Below, piece after piece: positions 20,382 to 36,528 of a DNA stretch of 64,000 nucleotides. Origin of the DNA: Verrucomicrobiota bacterium (GTDB taxonomy: Bacteria > Verrucomicrobiota > Verrucomicrobiia > Limisphaerales > Palsa-1400); NCBI GenBank assembly GCA_049517295.1, contig JBEKSF010000014.1, positions 73-64,072 on the forward strand. The letters run 5' to 3'. The position numbers were made by a program, and so were the translations under genes. The first letter of the stretch is position 1, and every line of letters begins with the position of its first letter. A model generated the notes under the pieces. The model had not been told where the DNA came from. It worked only from the letters and a program-made list of their open reading frames with translations, and searched no databases.

Positions 20382-20567
20382 TTATCAGATGTTCTAATGG
20401 CTTTGGCGATGGATAAGGCATCCGCGACGAGCGCAAAGTGTTGAAGGCGTGATGGATGGAACGAGCACGGAATCCGCCGCGGAACGGCGCCGCTGGTGGG
20501 TTTTCTTCGACTCTATTTGGCGGCGTTGCGATAATCCGCGCGCCGCGACGAATGGAACAGTGACAAA

Positions 20568-20800
20568 CAGGATTGAGATTAAGATTACGATTAGGATTGG
20601 GAATAGATGGGACGGGGGATCGGGCGCCGGTGGGGCGTCCGTGGCGGCCCGGCCATGAGGGCCGGGCGATGGACCCGCCTTCACCAAGGTCACGGCGGGC
20701 AAGCATAGTTGTCCTCACGCGCAGGAGTTGATCGCATTTCCACGAGGGGGAAAAACCGACTGGGGAAAAAATGCACTTTTTTGAAGATTTATTTTGGCCA
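20568..20800 (+). repeat. Dispersed non-coding repeat, copy 1 (partner at 44396-44752, same orientation)
   Basis: Hand alignment shows shared blocks: cagga..gattaaga.tacgattaggatt.gg, ggcggcccggc…ccgggcgatggaccc, and a near-identical ~75-nt block starting ctcacgcgcaggagttgatc.catttccacgaggg.gaaaaaccgactgggg…tttgaagattt (20714 vs 44660). Confidence 0.75.
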
Positions 20801-20819
20801 CAGAGCAAGGCGATGATAA

Positions 20820-21197
20820 TTGTCAACCGGCGCTGGAAGTGAACCGGCGCCTGCGTGTGCCGTGAAGTCGTTCACTCCATGTTTTCTTTTTGCGGCCGGT
20901 GCTGAAGTATGGATTTATTGCGAAGCCGCTCGCGAGTATTCGCCGGCGATACTCGCTCTTTTTGCCGCGGTTTGGGTTTTCGGTTCACTGGTTCTCGCAT
21001 GGTTCGAGCCTCGGGTGCGATTTGCTTATCTTGGATCGGTCGCGCTATCTGCACCCGGCATTTCGTATTCGATGCTGGGCTACGGCGTGTTGGAAATGGG
21101 TGGTTTACTGCACCCGCTTTGCGCTGGAGTGATTGTCTTGCCAATTCATTATTTGTTCCAGCGTATCCGCGCGGGGAGGAAGCAGCCGTTGATATGA
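20820..21197 (+). CDS. Hypothetical small membrane protein (start uncertain, TTG in ORF track)
   Basis: Hydrophobic ORF with 3-4 predicted TM stretches. Its stop overlaps the next ORF's ATG (ATGA). No recognisable family. Confidence 0.35.
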   Translation: MSTGAGSEPAPACAVKSFTPCFLFAAGAEVWIYCEAAREYSPAILALFAAVWVFGSLVLAWFEPRVRFAYLGSVALSAPGISYSMLGYGVLEMGGLLHPLCAGVIVLPIHYLFQRIRAGRKQPLI

Positions 21198-21607
21198 ACC
21201 TTCGATTCTTGAGAATGTTCCTCGGCTTCGCGGCATTCGCGTGGGGCGTGTCTGTGTTTGGAGTTTTTCTAAGTTGGCCAGCGGCATCTCAAGCGTTGCA
21301 GGGTTTGGGCGCCCAAACGATTGTTTACGACCGGATGCTGGAATACTGGCTGCGGATGGCCGCAGGAGCCTTCACGTTGATCGGCTGCTGGTATTTGGTC
21401 CTGATGATTTCGCCGCGGAAGTTCCATGTTGCCATCCCTTGGTTCGGCGGATTGATGTTGGCGGAGGGCGTTATCCTGCTCGTTCACGGGGTGCGCCTGT
21501 CGTTGCCGCCCCTTCCATTTTACGCGGATACCACAGCGTGCTTTTTTGGTGGTGGCGGAATACTTTATTTTTCGCGTTACGCGAAACCGGAAGAAAGAAA
21601 GGATTAA
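21194..21607 (+). CDS. Hypothetical membrane protein
   Basis: MNLRFLRMFLGFAAFAWGVSVFGVFLSW… has four hydrophobic segments. It is ATGA-coupled to the preceding ORF. No recognisable family. Confidence 0.45.
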   Translation: MNLRFLRMFLGFAAFAWGVSVFGVFLSWPAASQALQGLGAQTIVYDRMLEYWLRMAAGAFTLIGCWYLVLMISPRKFHVAIPWFGGLMLAEGVILLVHGVRLSLPPLPFYADTTACFFGGGGILYFSRYAKPEERKD

Positions 21608-21655
21608 CGGGATTTCCTTGAACAAACGCGAGAACGGACGGTAGAGTGTGCAGGC

Positions 21656-21696
21656 GTTGATGGGAAGGAACTTGACGAGGTTGACCGCGAAAGGTG
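21656..21696 (+). repeat. Short repeat block related to 44837-44877
   Basis: gttgatgggaaggaacttgacgaggttgaccgcgaaaggtg vs gttggtgggaagcaacttgtgaaggttggccgcgcaatgtg: 32/41 identical by hand count. In copy 2 this block is contiguous with the main repeat. In copy 1 it is separated from it by the two small membrane ORFs. Confidence 0.5.
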
Positions 21697-22112
21697 ACAA
21701 GGATAACGGATTTGGGGAAGGAAAGGAAGCGGAGTGGGATATGATGGCAGAAATAGCGCGGTAGCAAGATGAAGCGCCATTCGGGTCAGTGCCAGGAAAT
21801 TGGCATCTTCTCATTCTGACGAAGGGGGTCATGCCGATTTTCCAGGATTGACGCTTTCACTTTCACGGCATGAGCCGATGCGGTCGCAGCCGTTCCACCT
21901 GAGGGGAATCGATCTCCGAGCACTCTTTGTTTCCGGCGGGCGGGCGGGTTTCAGGTTTTTTCGTAGCGTTTGTGCTGGGTGTATTTGGTCAGGTCAATCC
22001 GGGCGGCCACCAAGGTCACGCCTGTGGCCGGCGGCGGGGGATAGGCCGTCGTATATAATAGTCAAAAAACAAAAACTTGGTTTTTCAACTTTGTTGTCCC
22101 GGCTTTCGGAGA

Positions 22113-23246
22113 TCAACGTTCTTGCTGCCGCGACAGTTGCGCCGGCCCTGTCCGTTTCACGAGGTACCGTCCAAGGGAAATGGAAGGCCGCTCGATATAC
22201 CTCCAGAACGGGTAAGCGACCAACAATGTCAGGGCGATAAGCGCCAGCAAGAGCGGCCACAACGGGAGCGCAGGAAAGCACAGTGAAAAGAGAAAATAAA
22301 CGACCGACAGGTGGTTGAGATAGATGGCATAGGAAACATTTCCCAGGAACGTGAACGCCGGCTTTCTTAACAAACTGGAAATCCTGCCCGATCCCAAGGC
22401 AAACACAATGAACACGGCTCCTCCCGCGGCGGAACCATAATCCCGCAGAAAGACGATCGGGGATTCCATCGATATCCGGTAAAGCGCCAGGGCGAACAAC
22501 AACACAAATATTTTGGCGGCGACAGGAATTGCCCGGCACCAACTTACCAGCGTTTCCCGATGTTGAGCGAGCATGATCCCGATGATGAATAGCGCGGCGA
22601 TATGGAGGGTGAAGAAATAGCCGTCTTGATACCCGTTGCTGGTTTCGAAGTGGAATCGCGTGTTCACTTCCGAGATGCCGGACAGAACTCCGCAGATAAT
22701 CAGATTGGTGACCACCTTGTTTCCACTGACCGCCCGGTAAAGGAAGGGGAACAACAAAGACACCCGCATTTCCTGAATCAGGGACCAGATGGCGTTGTTA
22801 TACGTATTGGAATGAATGTTGCCGATCAGGAACAAATGTTCCAGCGCAATGCGGCCATTGAACGGGTTGCCGCACGTCTGATTGAACCATGGGCTAAGTT
22901 GCGGAATTTTCGACACGGCCACGAACGTGACGACCAGGATCGAAAGCCCGATGCCGGCAAGGTACGGCAGATAAATCCGGCAGATGCGTCTGATGGCAAA
23001 GGTAAGATAGGTTGGCTTTTGCGCCCGATGAAAAGGCAATGATAATACAAAACCGCTCAACAGAAAGAACAGAACCACGGCGCCGTCACTCCGGGCAATC
23101 CAATAAATCGGCCAGACTCCAGGCAAACTGTATGTGGCGCAAAAAAAATGCCACAGCACGACCGAAAGGGCGGCGATGCCGCGCAGCGCATCCAGTTCCG
23201 ACAGGCGTTGGACGCCCGATTGCGTGTTCTGGACGGCGGAGAGCAT
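22113..23246 (-). CDS. Acyltransferase family 3 (OafA/YrhL-like) integral membrane O-acyltransferase
   Basis: N-terminal RLSELDALRGIAALSVVLWHF is the Acyl_transf_3 signature. The protein has ~10 TM segments. G+C is visibly lower than in surrounding operons. Confidence 0.8.
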   Translation of the reverse strand: MLSAVQNTQSGVQRLSELDALRGIAALSVVLWHFFCATYSLPGVWPIYWIARSDGAVVLFFLLSGFVLSLPFHRAQKPTYLTFAIRRICRIYLPYLAGIGLSILVVTFVAVSKIPQLSPWFNQTCGNPFNGRIALEHLFLIGNIHSNTYNNAIWSLIQEMRVSLLFPFLYRAVSGNKVVTNLIICGVLSGISEVNTRFHFETSNGYQDGYFFTLHIAALFIIGIMLAQHRETLVSWCRAIPVAAKIFVLLFALALYRISMESPIVFLRDYGSAAGGAVFIVFALGSGRISSLLRKPAFTFLGNVSYAIYLNHLSVVYFLFSLCFPALPLWPLLLALIALTLLVAYPFWRYIERPSISLGRYLVKRTGPAQLSRQQER

Positions 23247-23728
23247 TTTGAGTTTTTAGGGAGCGAACATGGTTTGCCCCCTTGACTTTGGCGTTCAGTG
23301 TCAAACAGGCCTCCAGAAGGGTCAATCCACTAATTTTGTTCCGGGTTGAGCAAATCACGGAGATGTGGTGGACCCGTGGGCTGCGGTTGCCGCGATGGAT
23401 CAACGGAAACGGGTTTTCCACCGGCAGCGGACCAAACCATTTGTGGGATTTGGCCCAACACCCAGAAGATGTCGCTTATGTTAAGCTTAACTGTGTCAGC
23501 CTGTGTCGATCTGTGGCCGAAATGAAACTTCAAAAATTCCGCGTTGGTCATTGTTGCGGGGGGCCACGCGGTTCGATTTGATTGTGACGTCCATCTCCGC
23601 CGCAACAAAAACCTTAATGCGTTTGGATTCGATGACGACGGCGTGGCCCAAGTCGCTCACGATTGGCAATCGGCGCGCACCGGTGTTTTTTACCTTTCCC
23701 CCCGCCGCTTTTGCCTTAAAGTCAGTAT

Positions 23729-24793
23729 GTGATTGATTCGGATGGCAAACTGTCTGAATTCCTGCCGGAACTGCGCGCGGCCCAGTGGGTGGCGTTGGAC
23801 ACGGAGGCCGACAGCTTGCACGCCTACCCGGAGAAGCTCTGCCTCATCCAAATCAGCATTGAACATCGAGACCGCCTGGTTGATCCGCTGGCGCCGGTGG
23901 ATTTGAACGCGCTCTGGCCGGAGCTCAAGAAGCACCAGTTGATCATGCATGGGGCCGACTACGATCTGCGGCTGATGCGCAAACGGCATGGGTTTGTCCC
24001 CACGCGCATTTTCGACACGATGCTGGCCAGCCGCCTGCTGGGGGAGCGGGAGTTCGGCCTGTTCAACCTGGCGCAAAAGTATCTGGGCGTGACGCTGGAA
24101 AAAGGGTCGCAAAAGGCCGATTGGTCCAAACGGCCGCTGACCCCGCGCATGGAGAACTACGCGCGGCACGACACCCATTATCTGAAGGCGCTTTCGGACA
24201 TCTTGAAGGAGCAACTGTGCCAAAAGCAGCGCCTGCCCTGGCTGGAGCAATCGTGCGATCGTTTGATAGCCGATTGCGCCATCCCAGCCCCGCCGGAGCC
24301 GGACCTGGTGTGGCGGGTCAAGGGCAGCCATCAACTGGCGCCGTCCGGCCTGGCGGTGCTGCGGGAAGTCTGGCAGTGGCGGGAGCAGGAAGCCCTTGCG
24401 GCCAATCGGCCGCCCTATTTTGTGTTGAACCATGAGGCGCTGGTGAACATCGCCGCGGCGGCCGGCAATAATGGAATCAATGACAGCATGCTGCCGCGCC
24501 ACTTTTCAACCCGGCGCAAGGATGGCTTGCTGGAGGCGGTGCAAAAGGGATTGGCCCTGGCGCCGGACAAACATCCCCAACGGCGCCGCTCCCACTCGCG
24601 CCGGCAGTCGGAAGCCGAGCGGCGCCGGTTCATGGATTTGGAACAGCGGCGCAACCGGCAGGCGGCCGAATTGCAATTGGATCCCACGTTGATCGCCAGC
24701 CGCGCCACGCTGCTCGCCCTGGCCGCCGATTGGGACGGGCACCAGGGGGAATTGATGGACTGGCAGCGGGAACTACTCAAAAAGGAGAATTGA
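23729..24793 (+). CDS. rnd: Ribonuclease D (DEDD 3'-5' exonuclease + HRDC)
   Basis: Motifs VALDTEADSLHAYPEKLCLIQIS (ExoI), HGADYDLRLM (ExoII) and YARHDTHYL (ExoIII). GTG start. Confidence 0.85.
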   Translation: MIDSDGKLSEFLPELRAAQWVALDTEADSLHAYPEKLCLIQISIEHRDRLVDPLAPVDLNALWPELKKHQLIMHGADYDLRLMRKRHGFVPTRIFDTMLASRLLGEREFGLFNLAQKYLGVTLEKGSQKADWSKRPLTPRMENYARHDTHYLKALSDILKEQLCQKQRLPWLEQSCDRLIADCAIPAPPEPDLVWRVKGSHQLAPSGLAVLREVWQWREQEALAANRPPYFVLNHEALVNIAAAAGNNGINDSMLPRHFSTRRKDGLLEAVQKGLALAPDKHPQRRRSHSRRQSEAERRRFMDLEQRRNRQAAELQLDPTLIASRATLLALAADWDGHQGELMDWQRELLKKEN

Positions 24794-25666
24794 ATGAAAA
24801 TCGACGCCGAGAAATTCCGGGTGCGCCCGGACAAAAAGGTCAAGCTCAAGCAGTGGCCCACAAAAGTGAGGCCCTTCTACACGTCCGAGGACGACTACCA
24901 AGAAGTCCTGGCCGCCCACATCAAGGAATTGAGCGCCCACCAGGACTTGCTCTATGCCCACAACCGTTACGCGCTGCTGCTGATTTTCCAGGCGATGGAT
25001 GCCGCCGGCAAGGACAGCGCCATCAAGCACGTCATGTCGGGCGTCAATCCCCAGGGCTGCCAGGTCTTCAGCTTCAAGCAGCCCAGCGCTCAGGAACGAG
25101 CGCACGATTTCCTCTGGCGCACGAACCGCTGCCTGCCCGAGCGGGGCCACATCGGCATCTTCAACCGCTCCTATTACGAGGAAGTCCTTATCGCCCGCGT
25201 TCACCCCGAGGTCCTGCAAAGCCAGGGGCTGCCCGACGAATTGATGGACGATAAAGACATTTGGAAACACCGCTTCCAATCCATCGTCGATCTGGAAAGG
25301 CACCTGCACCGCAACGGCACGCGCGTGATCAAGTTCTTTCTCCACGTTTCCAAGGAGGAGCAGCGCAATCGCTTTTTGAGCCGCATCGACGAGCCGGACA
25401 AGAACTGGAAATTCAGCATGTCCGACATGCAGGAGCGGAAGTTATGGAAGCAATACATGAAGGCCTACCAGGCGTGCCTTGCGGGCACGAGCACTGAGGC
25501 CGCCCCGTGGTATGTCGTTCCGAGTGATGACAAACCCAACGCGCGGCTGATCATCTCGCAGGTCATTCTGGACGCGCTGGGGAGTTTGAAGATGGGATCG
25601 TTGGAGCCGACCAAAGAACGCCGCCAGGAGCTGCGCCAAATCCGCAAACTATTGATCAAGAAATGA
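24794..25666 (+). CDS. ppk2: Polyphosphate kinase 2 family (polyphosphate:nucleotide phosphotransferase)
   Basis: Motifs [20 protein letters not shown] (P-loop), [15 protein letters not shown]. The ATG immediately follows the rnd stop. Confidence 0.9.
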   Translation: MKIDAEKFRVRPDKKVKLKQWPTKVRPFYTSEDDYQEVLAAHIKELSAHQDLLYAHNRYALLLIFQAMDAAGKDSAIKHVMSGVNPQGCQVFSFKQPSAQERAHDFLWRTNRCLPERGHIGIFNRSYYEEVLIARVHPEVLQSQGLPDELMDDKDIWKHRFQSIVDLERHLHRNGTRVIKFFLHVSKEEQRNRFLSRIDEPDKNWKFSMSDMQERKLWKQYMKAYQACLAGTSTEAAPWYVVPSDDKPNARLIISQVILDALGSLKMGSLEPTKERRQELRQIRKLLIKK

Positions 25667-25722
25667 GCCGCCCGCGGCGTTGAGCGCATGGGATTCCGCT
25701 CAACAAATCGCCGCGGCCAATT

Positions 25723-27192
25723 CTACGGGTGCGGGGCGGCGTTGGTGGCCGCCGGCAGCCGGCCAATCCAGACGTCCCCGGCGGCCCATTTCCATTCCAA
25801 GGCGGGCAAATCGGGGACCGCCTGACTGGAGATGGCCAGACGATCTTCGGGCCGCATCTTTTTCACCCACGGCAGGTAGGCTTCCATCGCGTGGTTGCGG
25901 CGCTGGATATCGCGATAAACTATCAGGTCATCTTGCGGCATGAGAGCCGGTTCAAAGCCGACGATGTAGCGCCAGTCTCCGCGCGGGTTTTTGTAAAATG
26001 AGTTGTAGAAGAATTGCATGTTGTCGGCGTAGAAAATCCCGCCCTTGCCCGGCATCCAGCCCTTCAACTGCGCTAGGCTCGCATCGACGAACGGCTCCGA
26101 TTGCCAGGCGGTGTAACGCCGCCCCATGTCGTTGGTCGAAAGGAGATAGAGCGGCAGCACAATCAAGCCGCACGCCACCAGGCGCCGGAGGGGCGAGCCT
26201 TGCCAAAGCGCCGGCATCGCTTCGTCAAACTGCGACGCCATCCAGACCACGGCCGCCGCCACGCCCCAATCAGCCCAGAAACGGTCGGCCGTCAGTCCCA
26301 AGACCCAGTTGATCAGTATCATCCAGAACACCGGCTGTTGCGCCAGGTCCTGGCAGGACTTGTTGCGCGGTCGCAGCCAGAGGTACACGATGGCCAGGGC
26401 GGTGAGGGTGGCGAACTCGCCGGTGCTGGGTTGAAACTCTCCGACGAGCATCCATTTAGGCAAATGTTCCTGATAGACGGATTTTGCCATGAAGAGCGCG
26501 CCGTTGAGGAAGGCGACCGGTTTCCCGGTCAGCAGAGCGCCCGCGACGGTTCCCGCCAGCCAGCAACCCGCCAGCCACAGGCCGGCCCGCCATCGCCGCG
26601 CCAGGAAAAAGGCGACGAACAGGAGAACCCAAAGATACCACGCCCCATGAATCCAAACCGAAAGAGCGAATGCGGCGCAGGTTGCCGCCACTTTGCTTCG
26701 TGGAGGGTTGCGGCCCGCCTCCTGTCCCCAAGAAAGGAGCAACGCCATCAGAATGCCCTCCGTCAACAGGTAGGGCCTGGCCTGACCCCATCGGGACATG
26801 AGTTCAGGAATGGCCACCGTCTGCGCCAGGACCGCCGCCATCCACGCCTCCGGGTGCCGCATCCAGATCAATGGAAAGCACAACACCATCAGCGCCATGC
26901 TGATAAACGAGAAGCTGATCAGCGCGTCTTCATCCCAGCCCGTCACCCGATGCGTCACACCCAGAATCCACTCCCAGCCAGGGCTGTGATCGACGACGTA
27001 TTGCGGGCGCATGACGACAATCTCGGAGTACGATTTTTCGGCCAGAGGTTTGGCTACGTGTCTGCGGGCGTCTCCGGCCGGGATGAAACCGTAGCCGAGG
27101 ATTTTCAGGCATATAGCGCCGGTGGTGAGCAACACTGCCAACCAGCAAATCAGGGGCACATAACGGTGGAGTGCGGCGCCGTTGTTCATCAT
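25723..27192 (-). CDS. Hypothetical polytopic membrane protein (GT-C-like glycosyltransferase/polymerase architecture possible)
   Basis: 489 aa with more than 10 hydrophobic segments followed by a soluble C-terminal domain. I found no diagnostic motif. Confidence 0.55.
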   Translation of the reverse strand: MMNNGAALHRYVPLICWLAVLLTTGAICLKILGYGFIPAGDARRHVAKPLAEKSYSEIVVMRPQYVVDHSPGWEWILGVTHRVTGWDEDALISFSFISMALMVLCFPLIWMRHPEAWMAAVLAQTVAIPELMSRWGQARPYLLTEGILMALLLSWGQEAGRNPPRSKVAATCAAFALSVWIHGAWYLWVLLFVAFFLARRWRAGLWLAGCWLAGTVAGALLTGKPVAFLNGALFMAKSVYQEHLPKWMLVGEFQPSTGEFATLTALAIVYLWLRPRNKSCQDLAQQPVFWMILINWVLGLTADRFWADWGVAAAVVWMASQFDEAMPALWQGSPLRRLVACGLIVLPLYLLSTNDMGRRYTAWQSEPFVDASLAQLKGWMPGKGGIFYADNMQFFYNSFYKNPRGDWRYIVGFEPALMPQDDLIVYRDIQRRNHAMEAYLPWVKKMRPEDRLAISSQAVPDLPALEWKWAAGDVWIGRLPAATNAAPHP

Positions 27193-27598
27193 TCGCTCTC
27201 CGCCATGACGCCCAAAGAAGGAGCGGATGGCAAGCCAATTCGGCTCAATAACACTGGAGAATCGTCGGTTTAATTTACAGTTTCGGCGTCACGACCCATA
27301 TTTATGATGTAAGTAGCTTTGATCAAATTGGTTGCGCCTGAAGTTTCCGCCCGTTATATGGCGGCAACCCGTTTATGGAAGGAAATGGTTTACACTGTAT
27401 CGATAAAGTTCTGCGGTGACTTGCCGGGCTGGCCAACGGCTGTTTTTCGTGTAACATATTTGAAATCAATATATTGCACAGTTTTTGGATGCTGCTTTGA
27501 GTGGCCCGGTCGTTTCTGGCATGTCTCCTGCTTAAACCGGGATGTTGAATAATGGTGGCACGCGATGAGCAAGTTGATTAGCAAAAAGGTGTAAAGCA

Positions 27599-28177
27599 AT
27601 GCAAACAAAGTTACTTGTGATTATCATGGTTGGCTGTATGGCCGCCGCCAGTGCCCGTGCGCAGGGATACGTGGGAGGCATGGACTTTGTGGTAACTCAC
27701 CCAGATACGATTAATCAAGTCGGCGTTTACGATGGCGGCGCGGCTCTTACAAGTGACGAAACGGTTGCCGTTTTCAATGCAATCACTGGAGATTTGGCCG
27801 GGTCTGAAGTGCTCTTCGGGCCGGGAGTCGCCGGCACGCAAATTGGCGACACCTTTTTTGAGTCGGTGACGCCCTTTACTCTGGCCCCGGGCGAATACTT
27901 GGTTCTCTCGATTGGCAGTGGCGGTCCGGTTGGGCCTGGCGATGCCGGGTTGTCCGGTGTGAACGCGTATGTGAACTTGGGCGGCACGCTTGATTTGCCG
28001 GGCGGCGGTCGTTTTAATTCAGGGTCCGTGGGTGAAGTATTGCCCAACGCGGGTTCTTCTTCCCAATCCGGCGGGGCGTATGAATTGGTTGATCCTTCAG
28101 TTCCGGACGGCGCAACAACGGTGGCTTTGCTGGGTGGTGCGCTGATAGGATTGGGCTGGCTGCGCCGCAAAGTGTAA
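27599..28177 (+). CDS. PEP-CTERM (VPDG variant) sorting-signal secreted protein
   Basis: Signal peptide MQTKLLVIIMVGCMAAASARA. The C-terminus VPDGATTVALLGGALIGLGWLRRKV has the motif + TM + basic tail typical of exosortase substrates. Confidence 0.8.
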   Translation: MQTKLLVIIMVGCMAAASARAQGYVGGMDFVVTHPDTINQVGVYDGGAALTSDETVAVFNAITGDLAGSEVLFGPGVAGTQIGDTFFESVTPFTLAPGEYLVLSIGSGGPVGPGDAGLSGVNAYVNLGGTLDLPGGGRFNSGSVGEVLPNAGSSSQSGGAYELVDPSVPDGATTVALLGGALIGLGWLRRKV

Positions 28178-28231
28178 GCGGACCGATCGCGAATTTGCTC
28201 CAAAACCAAAGGGACCGGGTTTTTGCTGATA

Positions 28232-28270
28232 GACGCGGACGTGGTTTGACCACGTCCGCGTCATTTTTGT
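28232..28270 (+). terminator. Rho-independent terminator after the PEP-CTERM gene
   Basis: Perfect 13-bp stem gacgcggacgtgg / ccacgtccgcgtc with loop tttga, followed by atttttgtg. Confidence 0.75.
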
Positions 28271-28384
28271 GTCTTCTTCTGAGAAGGAATGATTCCGCGC
28301 GGCGAACGCAATCTGGTCCGTCAGAATTGTTTTGCGGAATCTGCTTGAAACCGGTTTTCCGGGCACCCGATAATCAAGTCAAAC

Positions 28385-29545
28385 ATGGAATCGGTTCGAC
28401 TCGGCATTATTGGAATGGGCAACATCGGCAGCCATCATGCGCAGTATCTACTGGCCGGCAAAGTCAAACGCGCTGTGCTCAAAGCGGTGTCCGATGCCTT
28501 TGTCGATAAGCTATTACCATACAAGGAGCAGGGACTGGCGGTTTTCGCCGACGGCCAGGAGTTAATCAGCTCGGGCGAAGTCGATGCGGTCATTGTGGCC
28601 ACGCCGCACTATCAGCACACTCCATTGGGGATCGCGGCGTTCAAGGCGGGACTGCACGTCATGGTGGAGAAGCCGATTTCCGCGCACAAGGCCGACGCCG
28701 AAAGGCTGATCGCGGTCCGGCAAGAGCATCCCCGGCAGGTGTTCGCGGCCATGTTCCAAATGCGCACCGAACAACGCTACGCCAAGATCAAGAGGCTCAT
28801 CGCCGACGGGCAGTTGGGGCAACTGGTGCGGCTGACCTGGATCGTGACCGACTGGTTTCGGACCGAGGCCTACTACGCCAGCGGCGGGTGGCGGGCGACC
28901 TGGAAAGGCGAGGGGGGCGGCGTGCTGATCAACCAGTGCCTGCACCAACTGGACATGCTGCAATGGCTATTGGGCATGCCGGCGCGCGTGCGCTCCTTTG
29001 TGCAACTGGGCCGCTTCCACAACATCGAAGTGGACGACAACGTCACCGCCTACATGGAGTTTCCCGGGGGGGCGACCGGCGTGTTTATCTCCACCACCGG
29101 CGAGGCGCCCGGCACCAACCGCCTGGAGATCACCGGCGAGATGGGCAAAGTGCTGCTGGAAAATGACCAACTGCTTTTTTACCGCAATGAGGTTTCGATG
29201 TTCCAGCAGTGCAAAACCTCCAAGCTCGGCTTCCAAAAACCCGAGGCCTGGAAAATTGAAATTCCCTTTTCGTCCGAGCCGGCGCGGCACGCCACGCTGA
29301 CGCAAAATTTTATTGACGCGATCCTGGACGGCGTGCCGCTGACCGCGCCGGGCGAGGAGGGCATCCACTCGATCGAACTGGCCAACGCGCTTCTTTACTC
29401 CGGCTTGATCCATCAAACGATCGAACTTCCCCTGGACGGCGCCGCCTACGAGAGGAAACTGAACGAACTGATCGCGTCCTCCAAAGGCGAGAAGAAGGTC
29501 GCGGCGGTATCGAGCGAAGATTTCACCAAATCCTTTCATCGCTGA
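28385..29545 (+). CDS. Gfo/Idh/MocA-family oxidoreductase
   Basis: N-terminal Rossmann VRLGIIGMGNIGSHH, plus EKP and typical C-terminal dimerisation-domain sequence. Confidence 0.85.
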   Translation: MESVRLGIIGMGNIGSHHAQYLLAGKVKRAVLKAVSDAFVDKLLPYKEQGLAVFADGQELISSGEVDAVIVATPHYQHTPLGIAAFKAGLHVMVEKPISAHKADAERLIAVRQEHPRQVFAAMFQMRTEQRYAKIKRLIADGQLGQLVRLTWIVTDWFRTEAYYASGGWRATWKGEGGGVLINQCLHQLDMLQWLLGMPARVRSFVQLGRFHNIEVDDNVTAYMEFPGGATGVFISTTGEAPGTNRLEITGEMGKVLLENDQLLFYRNEVSMFQQCKTSKLGFQKPEAWKIEIPFSSEPARHATLTQNFIDAILDGVPLTAPGEEGIHSIELANALLYSGLIHQTIELPLDGAAYERKLNELIASSKGEKKVAAVSSEDFTKSFHR

Positions 29546-29547
29546 TT

Positions 29548-30471
29548 ATGATCCTGACAGGCATAGGAGACGAGGCGGGCGCCGGGTTGGAGGCGCAAAT
29601 CAAAGCGACGCGCGAACTGGGCTGGAAGCAGATCGAGATGCGCACCGTTGCGGTGCCCGGATTTCCGAAGGGCAATTTCCACGACATCCCGGACCGGGCC
29701 TTCGAGCTCGCCGCCGCGCGGCTGGAGGAGGCGGGCCTGGGTGTCTATTGTTTTGGTTCGACCATCGCCAATTGGTCGAAGAAACTCTCCGATCCTTTTC
29801 AAATCACGCTGGATGAAGTCAATCGCTGCATCCCCCGCATGAAACGGGTCGGCGCGAAATTGGTTCGCATAATGAGTTACAAACCGGGTGAGGCGGAGAG
29901 CCGGACGCCGCCGGAGGTTTTTCGCCGCATCAGAGAAGTCACCAAAATGTTCGGCGACGCGGGCCTTCAGGCGGTGCATGAGAATTGCATGAACTACGGG
30001 GGCATGAGCTGGCGGCACGGATTGGAACTGCTGGAGAAATGCCCCGGATTGAAATGGGTCTTCGACACCGGCAATCCGGTTTTGAATCCCGACCGCAGCA
30101 AGGCGGCGCCGTGGCCGCGGCAGGATGCGTGGGAATTCTGGGAGCACATTCGCGACCACGTTGTCCACATCCACGTCAAAGACGCGACTTACGCGCCGGG
30201 AAAAAACGATTGCGATTACACGTATCCCGGCGAAGGCCAGGGCCGCGTGCGCGACATTCTGCGGGACGCCTTTGCGCGCGGTTACGACGCGGGCATCTCG
30301 ATCGAGCCGCACGTCGCGGTGGTGTTTCACGACGCGTCGGTCAAGGCCAGCGACGCGGTTGCGTGCGAGAGCTACGTGCGCTATGGACGGGCGCTGGAAA
30401 AGATGATCGCCGAGATCAAAGCCGAACCAATCCCGGCTCGTTCCCGCTCCGCCGCCGCGATATCGCCATAA
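29548..30471 (+). CDS. Sugar phosphate isomerase/epimerase (xylose-isomerase-like TIM barrel)
   Basis: AP_endonuc_2-like pattern (…VRIMSY…, HENC…, HIHVKD…, SIEPH). It starts 3 nt after the preceding oxidoreductase. Confidence 0.8.
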   Translation: MILTGIGDEAGAGLEAQIKATRELGWKQIEMRTVAVPGFPKGNFHDIPDRAFELAAARLEEAGLGVYCFGSTIANWSKKLSDPFQITLDEVNRCIPRMKRVGAKLVRIMSYKPGEAESRTPPEVFRRIREVTKMFGDAGLQAVHENCMNYGGMSWRHGLELLEKCPGLKWVFDTGNPVLNPDRSKAAPWPRQDAWEFWEHIRDHVVHIHVKDATYAPGKNDCDYTYPGEGQGRVRDILRDAFARGYDAGISIEPHVAVVFHDASVKASDAVACESYVRYGRALEKMIAEIKAEPIPARSRSAAAISP

Positions 30472-30480
30472 TCGCGACGG

Positions 30481-36528
<6,048 letters not shown>

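Noticed and set aside
21608-22112. A short minus-strand reading frame ending …GVTLVAARIDLTKYTQHKRYEKT* (around 21955-22050), and ORF 21800-22240(+).
   Set aside because: I see no start codon with a sensible context and no recognisable family. The frame overlaps other equally weak frames. This is likely non-coding or decayed sequence.
23247-23728. An ~480-nt gap between the acyltransferase and rnd, inspected on both strands for a small gene, toxin-antitoxin pair or structured RNA. ORFs considered: 23330-23608(-), 23282-23581(+).
   Set aside because: The translations show no motif I recognise. There is no convincing start context, stem-loop series or terminator. It is reported only as part of the low-GC decay patch.
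27192-27598. An AT-rich 400-nt leader upstream of the PEP-CTERM gene with an imperfect long-range hairpin (ggttgcgcc…ggcggcaacc, ~27330-27372): a riboswitch or sRNA?
   Set aside because: The stem is imperfect with a ~22-nt loop. It matches no riboswitch consensus that I can recall, and no terminator/antiterminator alternative is evident. It is probably just a promoter region shared by the divergent genes.
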